A DNA stretch of 64,000 nt. Origin: Camelus dromedarius (Eukaryota). Each line of letters opens with the position of its first letter. Within the stretch, counting starts at the first letter, position 1. The stretch covers positions 13,456,001-13,520,000 of the forward strand of contig NC_087437.1 of NCBI RefSeq assembly GCF_036321535.1, read 5' to 3'. The notes below the pieces were generated by a model that was not told the DNA's origin, made no database searches, and saw only the letters and a program-made list of their open reading frames with translations. Shown here in pieces: positions 49,286-60,270 of this stretch. Made by a program: the position numbers and the translations under genes.

Positions 49286-50026
49286 TGTTGGGAAAGCTGG
49301 ACAGCTGCATGTAAATCAATGAAGTTAGAGCACTCCCTCACACCATAGACAAAAATAAACTCAAAATGGCTTAGAGACTTAAAATAAGACAAGACACTAT
49401 AAACCTTTCAGAAGAAAACAGGCAAAACATTATCTCACATACATCTCAGCAATGTTCTCCTAGGGCAGTCTACCCAAGCAGTAGAAATAAAAGCAAAAAT
49501 AACCAAATGGGGCCTAATTAAACTTACAAGCTTTTGCACAGCAAAGGAAACCTTAAGTAAAACAAAAAGACAACCTACGGAATTGGAGAAAGTATTTGCA
49601 AAAGATGAAACTGGAGAAAGTATTTGCAAAAAAAAAACCAACCCAAAAATGGGCAGAAAAACCTAAACAAGCAATTCTCCAATGAGGACATACAAAAGGC
49701 CAATAGGCACATGAAAAAATACTCAGTATCACCAATTATCAGAGCAATGCAAATCAAAACTCCAATGAGGTATCACCTCACACCAGTCAGAATGGCCATC
49801 ATTCAAAAGTCCACAAACAATAAATGTTGGAGAGGGTGTGGAGAAAAGGGAACCCTCCTACGCTATTGGTGAGAATGTAGTTGGGGACAGCCCTTATGGA
49901 AAACAGGGCTATGGACATTCCTCAAAAAACTAAAAAAAGACTTACCATGTGATCCAACAATCCACTCCTGGGCATATATCCAGAGGGAACCTAAATTCAA
50001 AAAGACACCTGCACTACAATTTCATA
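49286..50026 (+). mobile_element. L1 ORF2 C-terminal fragment (frameshifted, no 3' UTR or poly(A))
   Basis: CWESWTAACKSMKLEHSLTP...; [38 protein letters not shown] (ORF2p cysteine-rich domain). Confidence 0.92.
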
Positions 50027-50048
50027 TTGACAAACCAACTTCAGAATT

Positions 50049-51483
50049 GTGAACAAAGCTTTCAAAACAAAAGAGAAAGGAATGACAGATTGCCAACCTC
50101 CGACTAACATCCCAGCCGGGTTCATGAACAATGCATATGAAATTTATAGTTTCAAATACTTACTTGATGTGGGAAATTATACTAAAGGAGATCTCAACCT
50201 AAAACAGCCAAACTGGGGTTCTTTTGATATTCCAAAACTAGTTTTTTGTGTGTACACAGCTAGATAAAGCCAGCTGTGAGATCAAACAGACCGAATGGAA
50301 TGCTTATTTTGATCAGTATTTAGAAGCTTCTAAAAGAGGTAATGATACAGTAACTTCTTTGCAGGAAACCAACAAAACATGGCTTAAAATGAAATCAAAA
50401 TTTAAAAAGGCCACCAGTGTAAGCCCTGTATCTCCCTCTTCTCCTCCTTTATATTCTCTTTCATCTGAACTGCCTAACCCAGACGCTGTCTCTTTCTCTC
50501 TTCCCTCCCTGCACCTCTTGCTGCTTCCCTTCCTCCAATAAAAGAGGACATAAAATCAGAAGTAATCATAGCTCCCTTTAGAGAGAAACCTATTACAGGA
50601 AGAAGCCAACCACCCTTGGTGCATGTACATCCTAAACCTGAGCAGAACTTAGAGCTTTAGCTAAGGAATTTCTCCATCCTAGCCAAGACCCACTGGGATT
50701 TGCTAAGGAATTCTGGTTATCTATCTGAACCTATGAGCCCAGGTTTTCAAATCTATATCAGTTAGTACAACTGTTAGTTTCTGAAAATAAGGCAAATGAA
50801 TGGATAGAGAAGGCAGGATTGAAAAGCCCTTAATGGATTTTGACTTACATAGTTCACAGGCTCAGGTTGAATGCAAGGAATTAGCTCACAAATTATTCAG
50901 ATTTACCCTAGAGCTTTTTCCAAACAAAAACATAGACGGGTCAAAGATTCAGTACAGTAAATAAAGACCAGATGAATCAATTCTGGAGTATGATGAAGGG
51001 GTCAAGAAAACTTTCAAACAATATTCTGGCATGACATGTGAATCATTGTCTCACCACCAAAATGGTCTCTTGCTTAACTCTGCCTTTTTAGAAGCTACAG
51101 GCCAGGAATCTGCTACTCTAGTTAACAGACATGATTTAGATTGGTCTACGTTACGTACAAATGCCCCTATCTCACTGGCTGACCAACTTCCCAAAATCAT
51201 TAAAAGAAAGGAGAGAAATGCATCTATAAAAACTATGAACCTTCACTTGTGCCAATTAAGTAATTAAGGTCAATGATGAACTAACCTGTGTTCAATCCAC
51301 GACTGACAAAGGAAACTAGACTTTGTTTTTACTGTAAAAACCAACTAACCAAATAAAAAAACAAAAACCAAACAAAAAAACAAAAACCAAACAGATCATT
51401 GGAAAAGGGACTGTAGAAAAATGAAGACAGATTTTGAGGACAAACTGGATTTCAGATCAGAATACCAAGCTAAACAAGAATAG
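50049..51483 (+). pseudogene. Degenerate gag of a class I (gamma-like) ERV
   Basis: MA-like PAGFM...LNLKQPNWGSFDIPKLVF, Pro-rich SPSSPPLY, CA-like ELRALAKEF.HPSQDPLGFAKEF, a split CCHC knuckle CFYCK...DHWKRDC, and an in-frame terminal TAG at 51481-51483 followed by GG. Confidence 0.85.
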
Positions 51484-51759
51484 GGCCACCATGTTAAATT
51501 AAATTATACTAAAGATAATGAGCCTAATAACACTAGAAAATATGTCTTATGAAAGATGCCAATACCTCATTTCCCTTAAAGATGGTGATTGATATGGAAC
51601 ATATTGGGTCAGGTGACCAGAAATATACTGGGTTGCACCTAACGGAACTCAATGATTCTGAGGCACCAATCTATGGCCCTGGCTTCCACCAGGGTGAACA
51701 GAAAGACGTACTTGAGGATTCTCCTGGACTCAAGGCCGCTTGAGTGCCATTTTAGATAC

Positions 51760-52200
51760 GACTCCAGCAAATTTGCCGTTAATATGAGCCCAATGGACCA
51801 AGGGATCTGCATTCCATCAGTATGACTATTTAGCTGATATTTTTGTACCTTCAGTAGAATTGGAAGATGTAATTGCTCACATCAAAGCCTTAACAGAATT
51901 CACCCAAAAGAGTGTAAGTGATGGTAACCAGGCTGTTAGCCTACTGAATTCTGATGTCTCTGTGATGAAGAAAGATGTGTTGCAAAATTACAAAGACTTT
52001 GATAGCTTTAGAGCATCTCAAGGAAGCACCTGTGCCAAAATTCATACTGACTGCTGTATTTCCATACCAGAAAAACCTTTCAATATTACACTTTTAATGA
52101 CACATGAAAAATCAGATTTCTGCCTTAAGTGATTCACTTCCCAGTCTTTGTGATCTTTTAGGAAGTTGAGTTGGTTCCAGAAGTTCATGGTTTAAGCCCC
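51760..52200 (+). pseudogene. Degenerate ERV env, SU/TM junction and TM ectodomain
   Basis: Open frame 51788-52132: AQWTKGSAFHQYDYLADIFVPSVELEDVIAHIKALTEF...VLQNYKDFDSFRASQGSTCAKIHTDCC. Shows a decayed furin site, heptad repeat, ISD-like LQN..D and an intact CX6CC. Confidence 0.85.
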
Positions 52201-52296
52201 TACATTATTAGCTGTATTGCTTATATGCTGTTTTATATCCTTGCATTACCCAATGCTTAACTAGACCTCTAACAAAATTAATGACAGCTTAATGTC

Positions 52297-52300
<4 letters not shown>

Positions 52301-52357
<57 letters not shown>
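52301..52357. repeat. (AT)28 microsatellite within the ERV 3' region
   Basis: Direct reading. Confidence 0.95.
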
Positions 52358-52361
<4 letters not shown>

Positions 52362-52608
52362 GAATAATTGTCATAGTGCAACTCCAGATATGGGAAGAAG
52401 CAACAAGAAAACATTTCCTGGATCATAATAGACTATTAAAACAGGCAACCCAGAGAATTTTAGATTATCAACAGAACCTGGTCCAAAAAGCAACATGTTG
52501 CGTGGCCTATCAACAGAATCCTCACTTGATCTAGGAGTAAAGCTTCTTAGTGATCTGGGACAAAATTGGTCACGAAATGCCTCCCAAACCTGGGTCCAAG
52601 TTCTGACC

Positions 52609-52805
52609 AAGAGGAGGTGCTGTGGACAGAACAATGTTGCCTGCCATTTCAGTAAGCAAAGGATGTTGTGGCCATCAAGCCATTAGCCACTGCAGCTCCC
52701 GACAGTGCACCCTGGGGAGAGCTCAGGATGGAGAAAAACAGGCTACTGGTCCTGGATAGTGAAGATACATATTAAAGGAATTATTTCAAAAAACTCAGAC
52801 TCATT
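52609..52805 (+). mobile_element. Polypurine tract and truncated 3' LTR of the ERV
   Basis: AAGAGGAGG-TGC, then TGTGGACAG... at 52621. Homologous to 1-92 (-) and 53887-53965. Confidence 0.75.
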
Positions 52806-53886
52806 TTTTTTCGGTTGGCATACACCATAACCCAGCAGGATAATGGTTTGAAGAATTTGGTCTGGAGCACAGAAGAGAGCCCTTGCCATTTGATTTATGA
52901 AGAAAGGAGTGAATTATTCCCACTATTCTGCCTTCCCTACTTGACTTACTTTATTTGATTATAAGTCTTCATCTTTCAGCTATTTCCATGGCACCCTTAG
53001 TTTACCAACGTTTGTCATCAGATTTGACTCCCTGCCTCCTAAACTAATGTTAATTCAAAAATCTCACATCACCTAGTCATTTCACTGAAATGTGTGAATA
53101 TTTACTGCCAGCATTTAATTGCCCAAGACATTAAAATAGCTATCAAAATGCCAAGCCTGGCAGACACAGTCTATTGTCTGCAAATGACATTTTCACCAGT
53201 TTCTTTAAAGGGCTCAGCAGGTATCATCCCCTGGGCAAGAGCTGGCCTATTGTTTTGGAAAATAGCAAATTCTCTCAAGATGGAAACACATTCTGCTGGC
53301 TATCAATGCCTCTCTTTGAAAAAATAATTACAATACTTTACTTTTAGATAGTTCTTCATACCTTACAAACCGATGGAAGTATGTCATTGCATTCTATCAT
53401 CACATCTCTTTAAAGTCACTCTTATTCCCATTTTATGTAAAAGGAACTCGTGATTGTTTCAATTATTAGTCAAGTATTTAAATCATCCTTGTATATTTTC
53501 TCACTTCTATCAATGCTAGGGTTGGTCATGTGACTTGCTCTGGTCAATGGAATGTCTAGTGTCTATGAGGCAAACAAAGGCATGGATCAAGTTTGTGACG
53601 TTGGGCATGCCTTCCTCTGCCTCTTCCGTTACCTTGTGAAGAGGTTCCTCCCAAGATAGCTTCTGTGCCTTCTACCTGGGCCCCAGAATTGACCCATATA
53701 GAGGAATTCTGAGTTTAATCCACAGTGAGGAGGCAAGCCCAGATCACAAGTTGAAGGAAAGCCACTCCAAATCGGCCAACCAACAGTGGACGTTTAGACT
53801 GTAAACACAAGAATAAATACCCCTTGTTGGAACTGAGTTTTGTTTAAAAGTATTATTGTAGATATAGAACCTGAAATTTGGAGAGG

Positions 53887-53965
53887 TGTGAATGAAAAAC
53901 ATCGCCTGCCATATCAGTAAACAGAGGATGCTGTGGCCATCAAGTCATCTGCCGCTACTGCCACC
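53887..53965 (+). mobile_element. 79-bp 5' fragment of the same LTR family, inside an antisense MIR
   Basis: TGTGAATGAAAAACATCGCCTGCCATATCAGTAAACAGAGGATGCTGTGGCCATCAAGTCAT; MIR-like sequence on both sides. Confidence 0.7.
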
Positions 53966-54304
53966 ATTTACATGGCTAGTAAATGTTTAAGAAGAGATTC
54001 ACACCCAGATCTGTTATACTCTGAATAGATACTCTGCTTTCCCTACTGTACAGCTCCATCGGGCATACGTAACAGAAAACATTCTTTATGTACTTACTCT
54101 TTCACTGTCTTTAGAGGCACTCCTCCATAGCCCCGTGTCCAGTGGAATGGTTTTACGGAGGCAGAGCAAAGAAATATATTTTCCTCTTCTGGTTCTGTAT
54201 GTCAGAGCAGATCCCAGATGAAGCGGGGAGCCCTTTCCTTATGTTTTGTTAATAGCAGACTTGAAACTGAAACTCCGGAAGTCTAGAGACTAAGGAAGGA
54301 ATAT

Positions 54305-54740
54305 ATCATTGTGATCAAGAGCATAAACTTTAGAATCAAGCACTTCGGCTTCAATCCTGGATCATATATATATGGATATATACATATGGATTTTGGATAC
54401 ATTATTTAATTTTCCTAAACTTTAGCTTCCTAATGTATGAAATGCGTACAGTAATACAGACCTTACAGGATTGTTGTGAAGACAAATGGGCTGATACAAA
54501 AATAAGGCCTGATGTTTCTTAGTATTAAGAGTAAGGGTTCCAGACTTACGCTGTCTAGGTTTATATGTGTGATCTTTTATTTAATGTGTGAACTTAAGTA
54601 AATTCATAAACTTTCTGTTCACTAGATTTCTTTCATGTAAAATGGGGACAAGACTGTACTCACAGGATGATTTCATAGATTAAATATGATAATAAAAGAT
54701 CTGACATACAATGTGTGCTCAATACAGATTAGTTATTCTT
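54305..54740 (+). mobile_element. Two tandem MIR SINEs
   Basis: GTGATCAAGAGCATAAACTTTAGAATCA...AGGATTGTTGTGAAGA, then TGTGTGAACTTAAGTAAATT...CATGTAAAATGGGGAC...GTGCTCAATA. Confidence 0.7.
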
Positions 54741-55444
54741 TTTTTCTTCCTTACTAAGTACAAACTAAATAGTAGTCTTGTAAAAAAATTTCATTGTGAT
54801 TTACTATCCTACAACACTACTGGAGATTGGAAAATTCTGGTATATTCTAAACCCTTTGCAGGGAGACACTTTTGAATATAAATCCAGTGCTGAACATGAG
54901 AAGAAAATTTCCAAAGGTCAAGTTTATAAAAGCTTAGACTTTTAAAGCTGGAACTTTGATCAAATGTTATGTGACCATTCTTATTTTATCGAATGTTACA
55001 ATGAAGCAAATGACCCCATAGATCAAGTTCTATTCTCCCAATTACCAGGGAAAAAAGAAGTGCTCATGGAATAAGATAATAGTGAGTTTGGGTACAGGTG
55101 AAATGTGAAAATGAAGCCCTGCTTTAAGAAATTCAGTTTCCAAGTTCCTAACACATTGTGTTGACAAAACAAGACAAACCTACGAGCTATATTCAGCTGT
55201 GAATTGCCAGCTGAAGTCCCTCTTCCGGTGGCAGGGGAAGGAATTTGTTTCATACTGTCTACTGATAGAGGAAGGTAGTGAGACTCATCTGTGTCCATTG
55301 ATGAACTGAAGATGTCAAATAACCTTCCGAATCTGTTTTCATGGGCTGATTTCTACTTGGAAGAGACTATTCTGAAGGAGACTGTGTACAGGTACCAGGG
55401 GGCACATCCTGGAAAGGAGAGGTGATCTTGCTGTCCATTCCCCT

Positions 55445-55575
55445 GTGCAGAAGCCCATGCACAGTTGGGCAGGTTGTGCACTGCACAACCCAGGGGGTTC
55501 CATTCACATCATCATCTGTGAGAATGGCACCACTTAGGACTGAGCATTAAATCACATGTATGTGTAGTGACCCTG
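55445..55575. mobile_element. MER91-like hAT-Tip100 MITE
   Basis: GCAGGTTGTGCACTGCACAACCCAGGGGG...CCATTCACATC...GAATGGCACC...CCCTG palindromic layout. Confidence 0.6.
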
Positions 55576-57034
55576 GAGGGATTATATATATATATGTGCA
55601 AGCGTGTGTGTGTGTGTGTGTATGTGTGTGTGCTTATGTGAGCCTCGCGTAAGGGTGGCTGTTTTCTGAGAAGCTCTGTCTAACAATGTGTAACAGAAAA
55701 GAATAAGCACGTCTTCCCCTGCTCAGGAGAACAGACAGCAGGTGATTCTAACAGGAGGCAGTGTCATCCCCTCGGGAGAGCACAGCAGATGAGGAACAAA
55801 GTGTGTCATCTGTAAAACTGTATTCCAAAATGATTTGACTATGTGGTTATTTTTCATCTATTCAAGCACCTTTGATGGAGCATACGGTATTATTTTTATC
55901 CACGTATTAAAGATAACCTAAGCTTTGTCATATCATGTCAGCCATGTCATTCCAAGTGCTCCTGAGTCTGGCGTACATGGCAGATTCCAGAAGATGCCTG
56001 AGGGTGCAGACTCCTTCCAGAGTGCGTGGCTCTCCCCAGAGGGCTCTGAGAAATCTGTTTCTCAGGGCCTGAGCAGAAGGGGCAAAGAGCTGGGGAATTT
56101 GAATTTGAACATTCCTGTTACTTTCCTCTTCTGTGCCCACAGCTGGAAAGTTCTGGGGGAACAAGGAGATGAAGCCCAGAGTTTGAATAAATGCCAGTGA
56201 ATGTTATAAGTTTTTATATAAGCTAGTTCTTAATTTTAAGAATAATTTAGATATTTCCACCTCGTAATGTGGCCCGTGTTTTGGTGGCATGTCAAGTCCC
56301 ATACTGATAGATCTATATATCTATATTTATATTTTATAAGGTGAATACTTTCAAGCTGAATACTGTTACCTGCATATTAAAGGTGAGAAAACAGAAGCTA
56401 AGAAAGGTAAGCCACTTGCCCAAGAGCCCACAATTACACCAGAGGTGTTCAGACCCAAGCCTGACTGACGCCTAACTCCATAATGCCTACTTTGCTTCAG
56501 AGATCGCGGGACCTACTGTCTAGAACATACTGACTGTCATGTTGACACCACATGCTGGGTTAAGAAAAGAGAGAGCTTGTTGCTCCAATTATTTCCACTG
56601 CTTATCCATGCAGAAATTATCCAGAACCTACTCAGCCATCTGGTTCACTGTCTGTGTGCACAGCATTTCCACAACATCCCATTAAGTTCAACATTGAATC
56701 TGTTTCATCTAGGTAGTCGGTCCATGAAGAACTCTGAGTCATCACTAGCCCAGTGAAGTGATCCTTGGGGCTGCGGTATCAGCCATTCACCCCTTCATTA
56801 GATAACAGTTTTTACCACTGAATCTGAATCGGAGATTATAAGCAGGAAGGAAACTCCTGTCCTGACTTTGCAGATCAGAAACACAGACTCGTGTATATAA
56901 ATATGCACCTTTGAGAAAAACATTCTACCCTTCACACCTAAAAGGGACAGAAATATTTGCATCTTTTTAACTGAAAAGTGACTCTGTTTCCTTTTAAACA
57001 GCGAGTCATTACCTTGCTGCATTCTTTTCAGATT

Positions 57035-57375
57035 CTTTTAAAAAAATAATTGTATCGAGGTGAATTGATATTTAAAATTTACATATATTTAATGTATACA
57101 ATTTGATGTTAATGAATACTTGATTTAATGTTCACAGTTTGTACATATACATATACCCTGTGAAATCATTACCACAATCAAAGAATAGACATAACCATCA
57201 TCTCCAGAGTTTCCTTTGAGTCCTGTGGTTTTTTGTTTTGTGTGTGTAGGGGGAGGTAAGAAACTCGGCACCAGCTACTCTCTTAACTTTCTAAGTGCAC
57301 AGTATAGCATCAACTGTACAGAAGATCTCTAGAACTTACTCATCTTGTATAACTAAAACTTTATGCCTATTGAAG
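57035..57375 (-). mobile_element. L1M (L1MA-like) 3' end
   Basis: TGTGAAATCATTACCACAATCAA...AGATCTCTAGAACTTACTCATCTTGTATAACTAAAACTTTA. Confidence 0.8.
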
Positions 57376-58129
57376 GGCTCCTTATATGTTGATCTTTGCA
57401 AAACATACCATCTGGTATGATGTGAGGGATACCATCCAAGTCTGTTATGGTGCTAAGGACCTGTTGGTTGAGAGAGAAATTCCACAGGGCAGGTTTGCTA
57501 TTCCCCATACACCCCTAATCCTAGAAAGAGATGAAAACATATGCAGAATAATCATTTGAGTCTAATGTTTAAAAGTGCATTACCAAGTACTTACTGTGTG
57601 CAGAGAAAAAAAAATAAGTTTGGCTATAAAGTTTTCCCAGGAAGAAAACATTATTCAAAAAAACAGAAAGTGCGGGGCTGTGGTTGATTTTGTTGTGGGG
57701 ACCCTCTGTGCTGTGTCATCAAACAAACAAGAAGCAAGGGGGGAAAGGCGTAAAATTGTGACTACCCTAGTGCATCGCAATTCTGATCAACTTATCAGGA
57801 CAATGCAGGGGCCCAAATTTCAGGAGCAAGGACCCTGAATAATGGTTTTGGTGTCCCGGAGAGCTGGGAAACTGAGAAATATTCCACCTTTTGGTGGATG
57901 TGCATCTAATCACAGGGAGGAATCTTTTAAATTATTTATTTACTTATTTATTTATTGTGGACTTCTCCACTGAGCAGCAGAAAATCTTCTCAGACTGGAG
58001 CCCTTAGCTGCACTCTACTTGAGTGCCAATTTCCAGTGTTTTAAAACAAAGCTTTCAATGAATACTAATGTTCTCAAAAGAAACCACCCAGAGGCCAGCA
58101 AAACTGTGTTCCTGGCTTCAGGACGATAA

Positions 58130-58260
58130 ATGGGAAAGTGCTCAGCTGGAAGTGTGTGAACTCAAGCTCTTGTCCCAGCTCTGCTCTGCACCAACTCTGT
58201 GACTTTAGGCAACTCACTTTCCCTCTCTGAGCCTTAGCTTTCTCCTCTATAAAATAAAGA
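58130..58260 (+). mobile_element. MIR SINE fragment
   Basis: TCCCAGCTCTGC...CTGTGACTTTAGGCAACTCACTTTCCCTCTCTGAGCCTTAGCTTTCTCCTCTATAAAAT. Confidence 0.75.
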
Positions 58261-58324
58261 CTTCTGCATCATCCAGTATGTTAGTCCCTAAGTATGTGTG
58301 AATTAGATCAAAATTCACTTTCTC

Positions 58325-58964
58325 CGCTCCTGGGCATATACCCAGAAGGAACCCTACTTCAAAATGACACCTGCACCCCAATGTTCATAGCAGCACTATT
58401 TACAATAGCCAAGACATGGAGACAGCCTAAATGTCCATCAATGGATGACTGGATAAAGAAGATGTGATATCTTTATACAATGGAATACTATTCAGCCATA
58501 AAAACCAACAACATAACGCCATTTGTAGCAACACGGATGTTCCTGGAGAATGTAATTCTAAGTGAAGTAAGCCAGAAAGAGAAAGAAAAATACCATATGA
58601 GATCACTCATATGTGGAATCTAAAAAAAAAAAAAAAAAAAAAACCATAAAAAAACATAAATACAAAACAGAAACAGACTCATAGACATAGAATACAAACT
58701 TGTGGTTGCCAAGGGGGAGGGGAATGGGAAGGGACAGACTGGGAGTTCAAAATTTTAGATACTGACAGGCATACATAGAGTAGATAAACAAGATTATACT
58801 GTACAGCACAGGGCAATATATACAAGATCTTACGATAGCTCACAGAGAAAAAAAAATGTGACAGTGAATATATGTATGTTCATGTATAACTGAAAAATTG
58901 TGCTCTACACTGGAATTTGACACAACATTGTTAAATGACTATAACTCAATAAAAAATGTTAAAA
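58325..58964 (+). mobile_element. Young 5'-truncated L1 (ORF2 C-terminus and 3' UTR) with 15-bp TSD, inserted in a MER3/MER33-like element
   Basis: Translates LLGIYPEG...CTPMFIAALFTIAKTWRQPKCPS...YHMRSLICGI* (stop 58621-58623). G-rich 3' UTR tract at 58713-58733. TSD AAAATTCACTTTCTC (58310-58324) / AAAATTCGCTTTCTC (58965-58979). Confidence 0.93.
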
Positions 58965-60014
58965 AAAATTCGCTTTCTCAGTAACACTAGCCAAGTTTAA
59001 AGTGCCACTTGTGATTACTGGCTACAGTCTTGATAGCACATAATTTCAATCATTTTCATCCTTAACACAAAGTTCTTTTGAATAGTCCTGGTAGAGATGA
59101 TGTATCTGTTTTACTGCAACTCACAACTTTTGAATCATGCCCACATACCATCTGTGTGATCAGGATTAGGCGGCCTGGACTCCTGGTCCTAGAACAGTAG
59201 CCCCTGTCTGCTAAACATGACAATGAGGTGGCATTTGCACCAGAGCGGGGAGGTACTGGCTGGGCTCAGCGTTCACCCACCAAGCAGATGCAACACACAA
59301 CACAATGGAAGAGAACCCCACTACAGAAGAATGAAAGAAAGAGGGGCTGGCCAGATGGCATGCCTGGATTCCCACCCCCAAACGGCCCACACGGGCAAAC
59401 CTCAGGAGGGGGCAGAAATGTTAGACCCAGCTCTCAGAGAACAAGAATGATTATTGTATACTTACCCATTGCCAGTTGATTCAGGGTAATTCACAATTTA
59501 GAACCTGGTTAATGCTGTGAGAACTAAATTCCAAAAGAACCTGTGTCCAGAGAACTTAGCATCATAGACTCAACTTCCCAGTGAATCATGAAGAAAATGC
59601 CGCCCAGGACTGTCTCTCGGGGCCTCAGAACATGGCGCTCAGAGAGCCAGATGGACGTATTTCTGGCCACTCAGCTCCCGTTCTTTGGCCACTTCTCTCC
59701 TGTTCTTTCCTTGGACACAGCTGACTTCTAGTTGCTCTTACAGTTGCTGGGTTTTTACTTTCTGAGTCAAGAGAGCTTTGAGTGTAGTAAAGGGGCACAG
59801 TTGGAAGGATATGGGGATTCAGGCCAAATTAAAATAATTCCTGCACATTTTTCATTCTAACGGAGTGAAACTAAGCCCACAGCTGACTCTCGTTGACTGC
59901 TGGCCTCGGGGTCTAGAGCGCTGGGCCGAGAGAAACTCCAGCGCATCTCCCTTTCAGCCTGACGTTTACATTCTCCATGCAACCTGTGTCAGCCCCTGCA
60001 CTCATAAAATAAGG

Positions 60015-60270
60015 CTGATGATCACAAACATTTATCTAGCGCTAATTACGCACTTGGAGTGCTTCCAGATGCTTTGGATCTATTTACTCATTTAATCCCC
60101 ACAGTAAACTTACAAAGTGGGTGCTATGACTGTCCCCATCTGACAGCGTGACCCTAAGGCACAAAGAGTTTAAAGGATTTACACGAGGTCTCACAGCTAG
60201 GAAATGAGAAGCATGAATTCTGCACTCAGGGACCCTCGTTGCAGTGTCCAGTTTAAGCACGATGCTGTGC
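60015..60270 (-). mobile_element. MIR SINE
   Basis: AAACATTTATCTAGCGCT...CTCATTTAATCCCCACAG...AAGGCACAAAGAGTTTAA...GAGGTCTCACAGCTAG. Confidence 0.7.

Noticed and set aside
48102..49348. Multiple 60-139 aa ORFs on both strands
   Set aside because: They fall in the GC-rich L1 5' UTR; chance open frames.
49960..58390. L1 pieces 49286-50026 and 58325-58964 as one element split by an 8.3-kb insertion
   Set aside because: They overlap by ~65 nt with several differences. The second piece has its own 15-bp TSD inside a MER3-like element, and the interval contains ancient MIR and MLT repeats.
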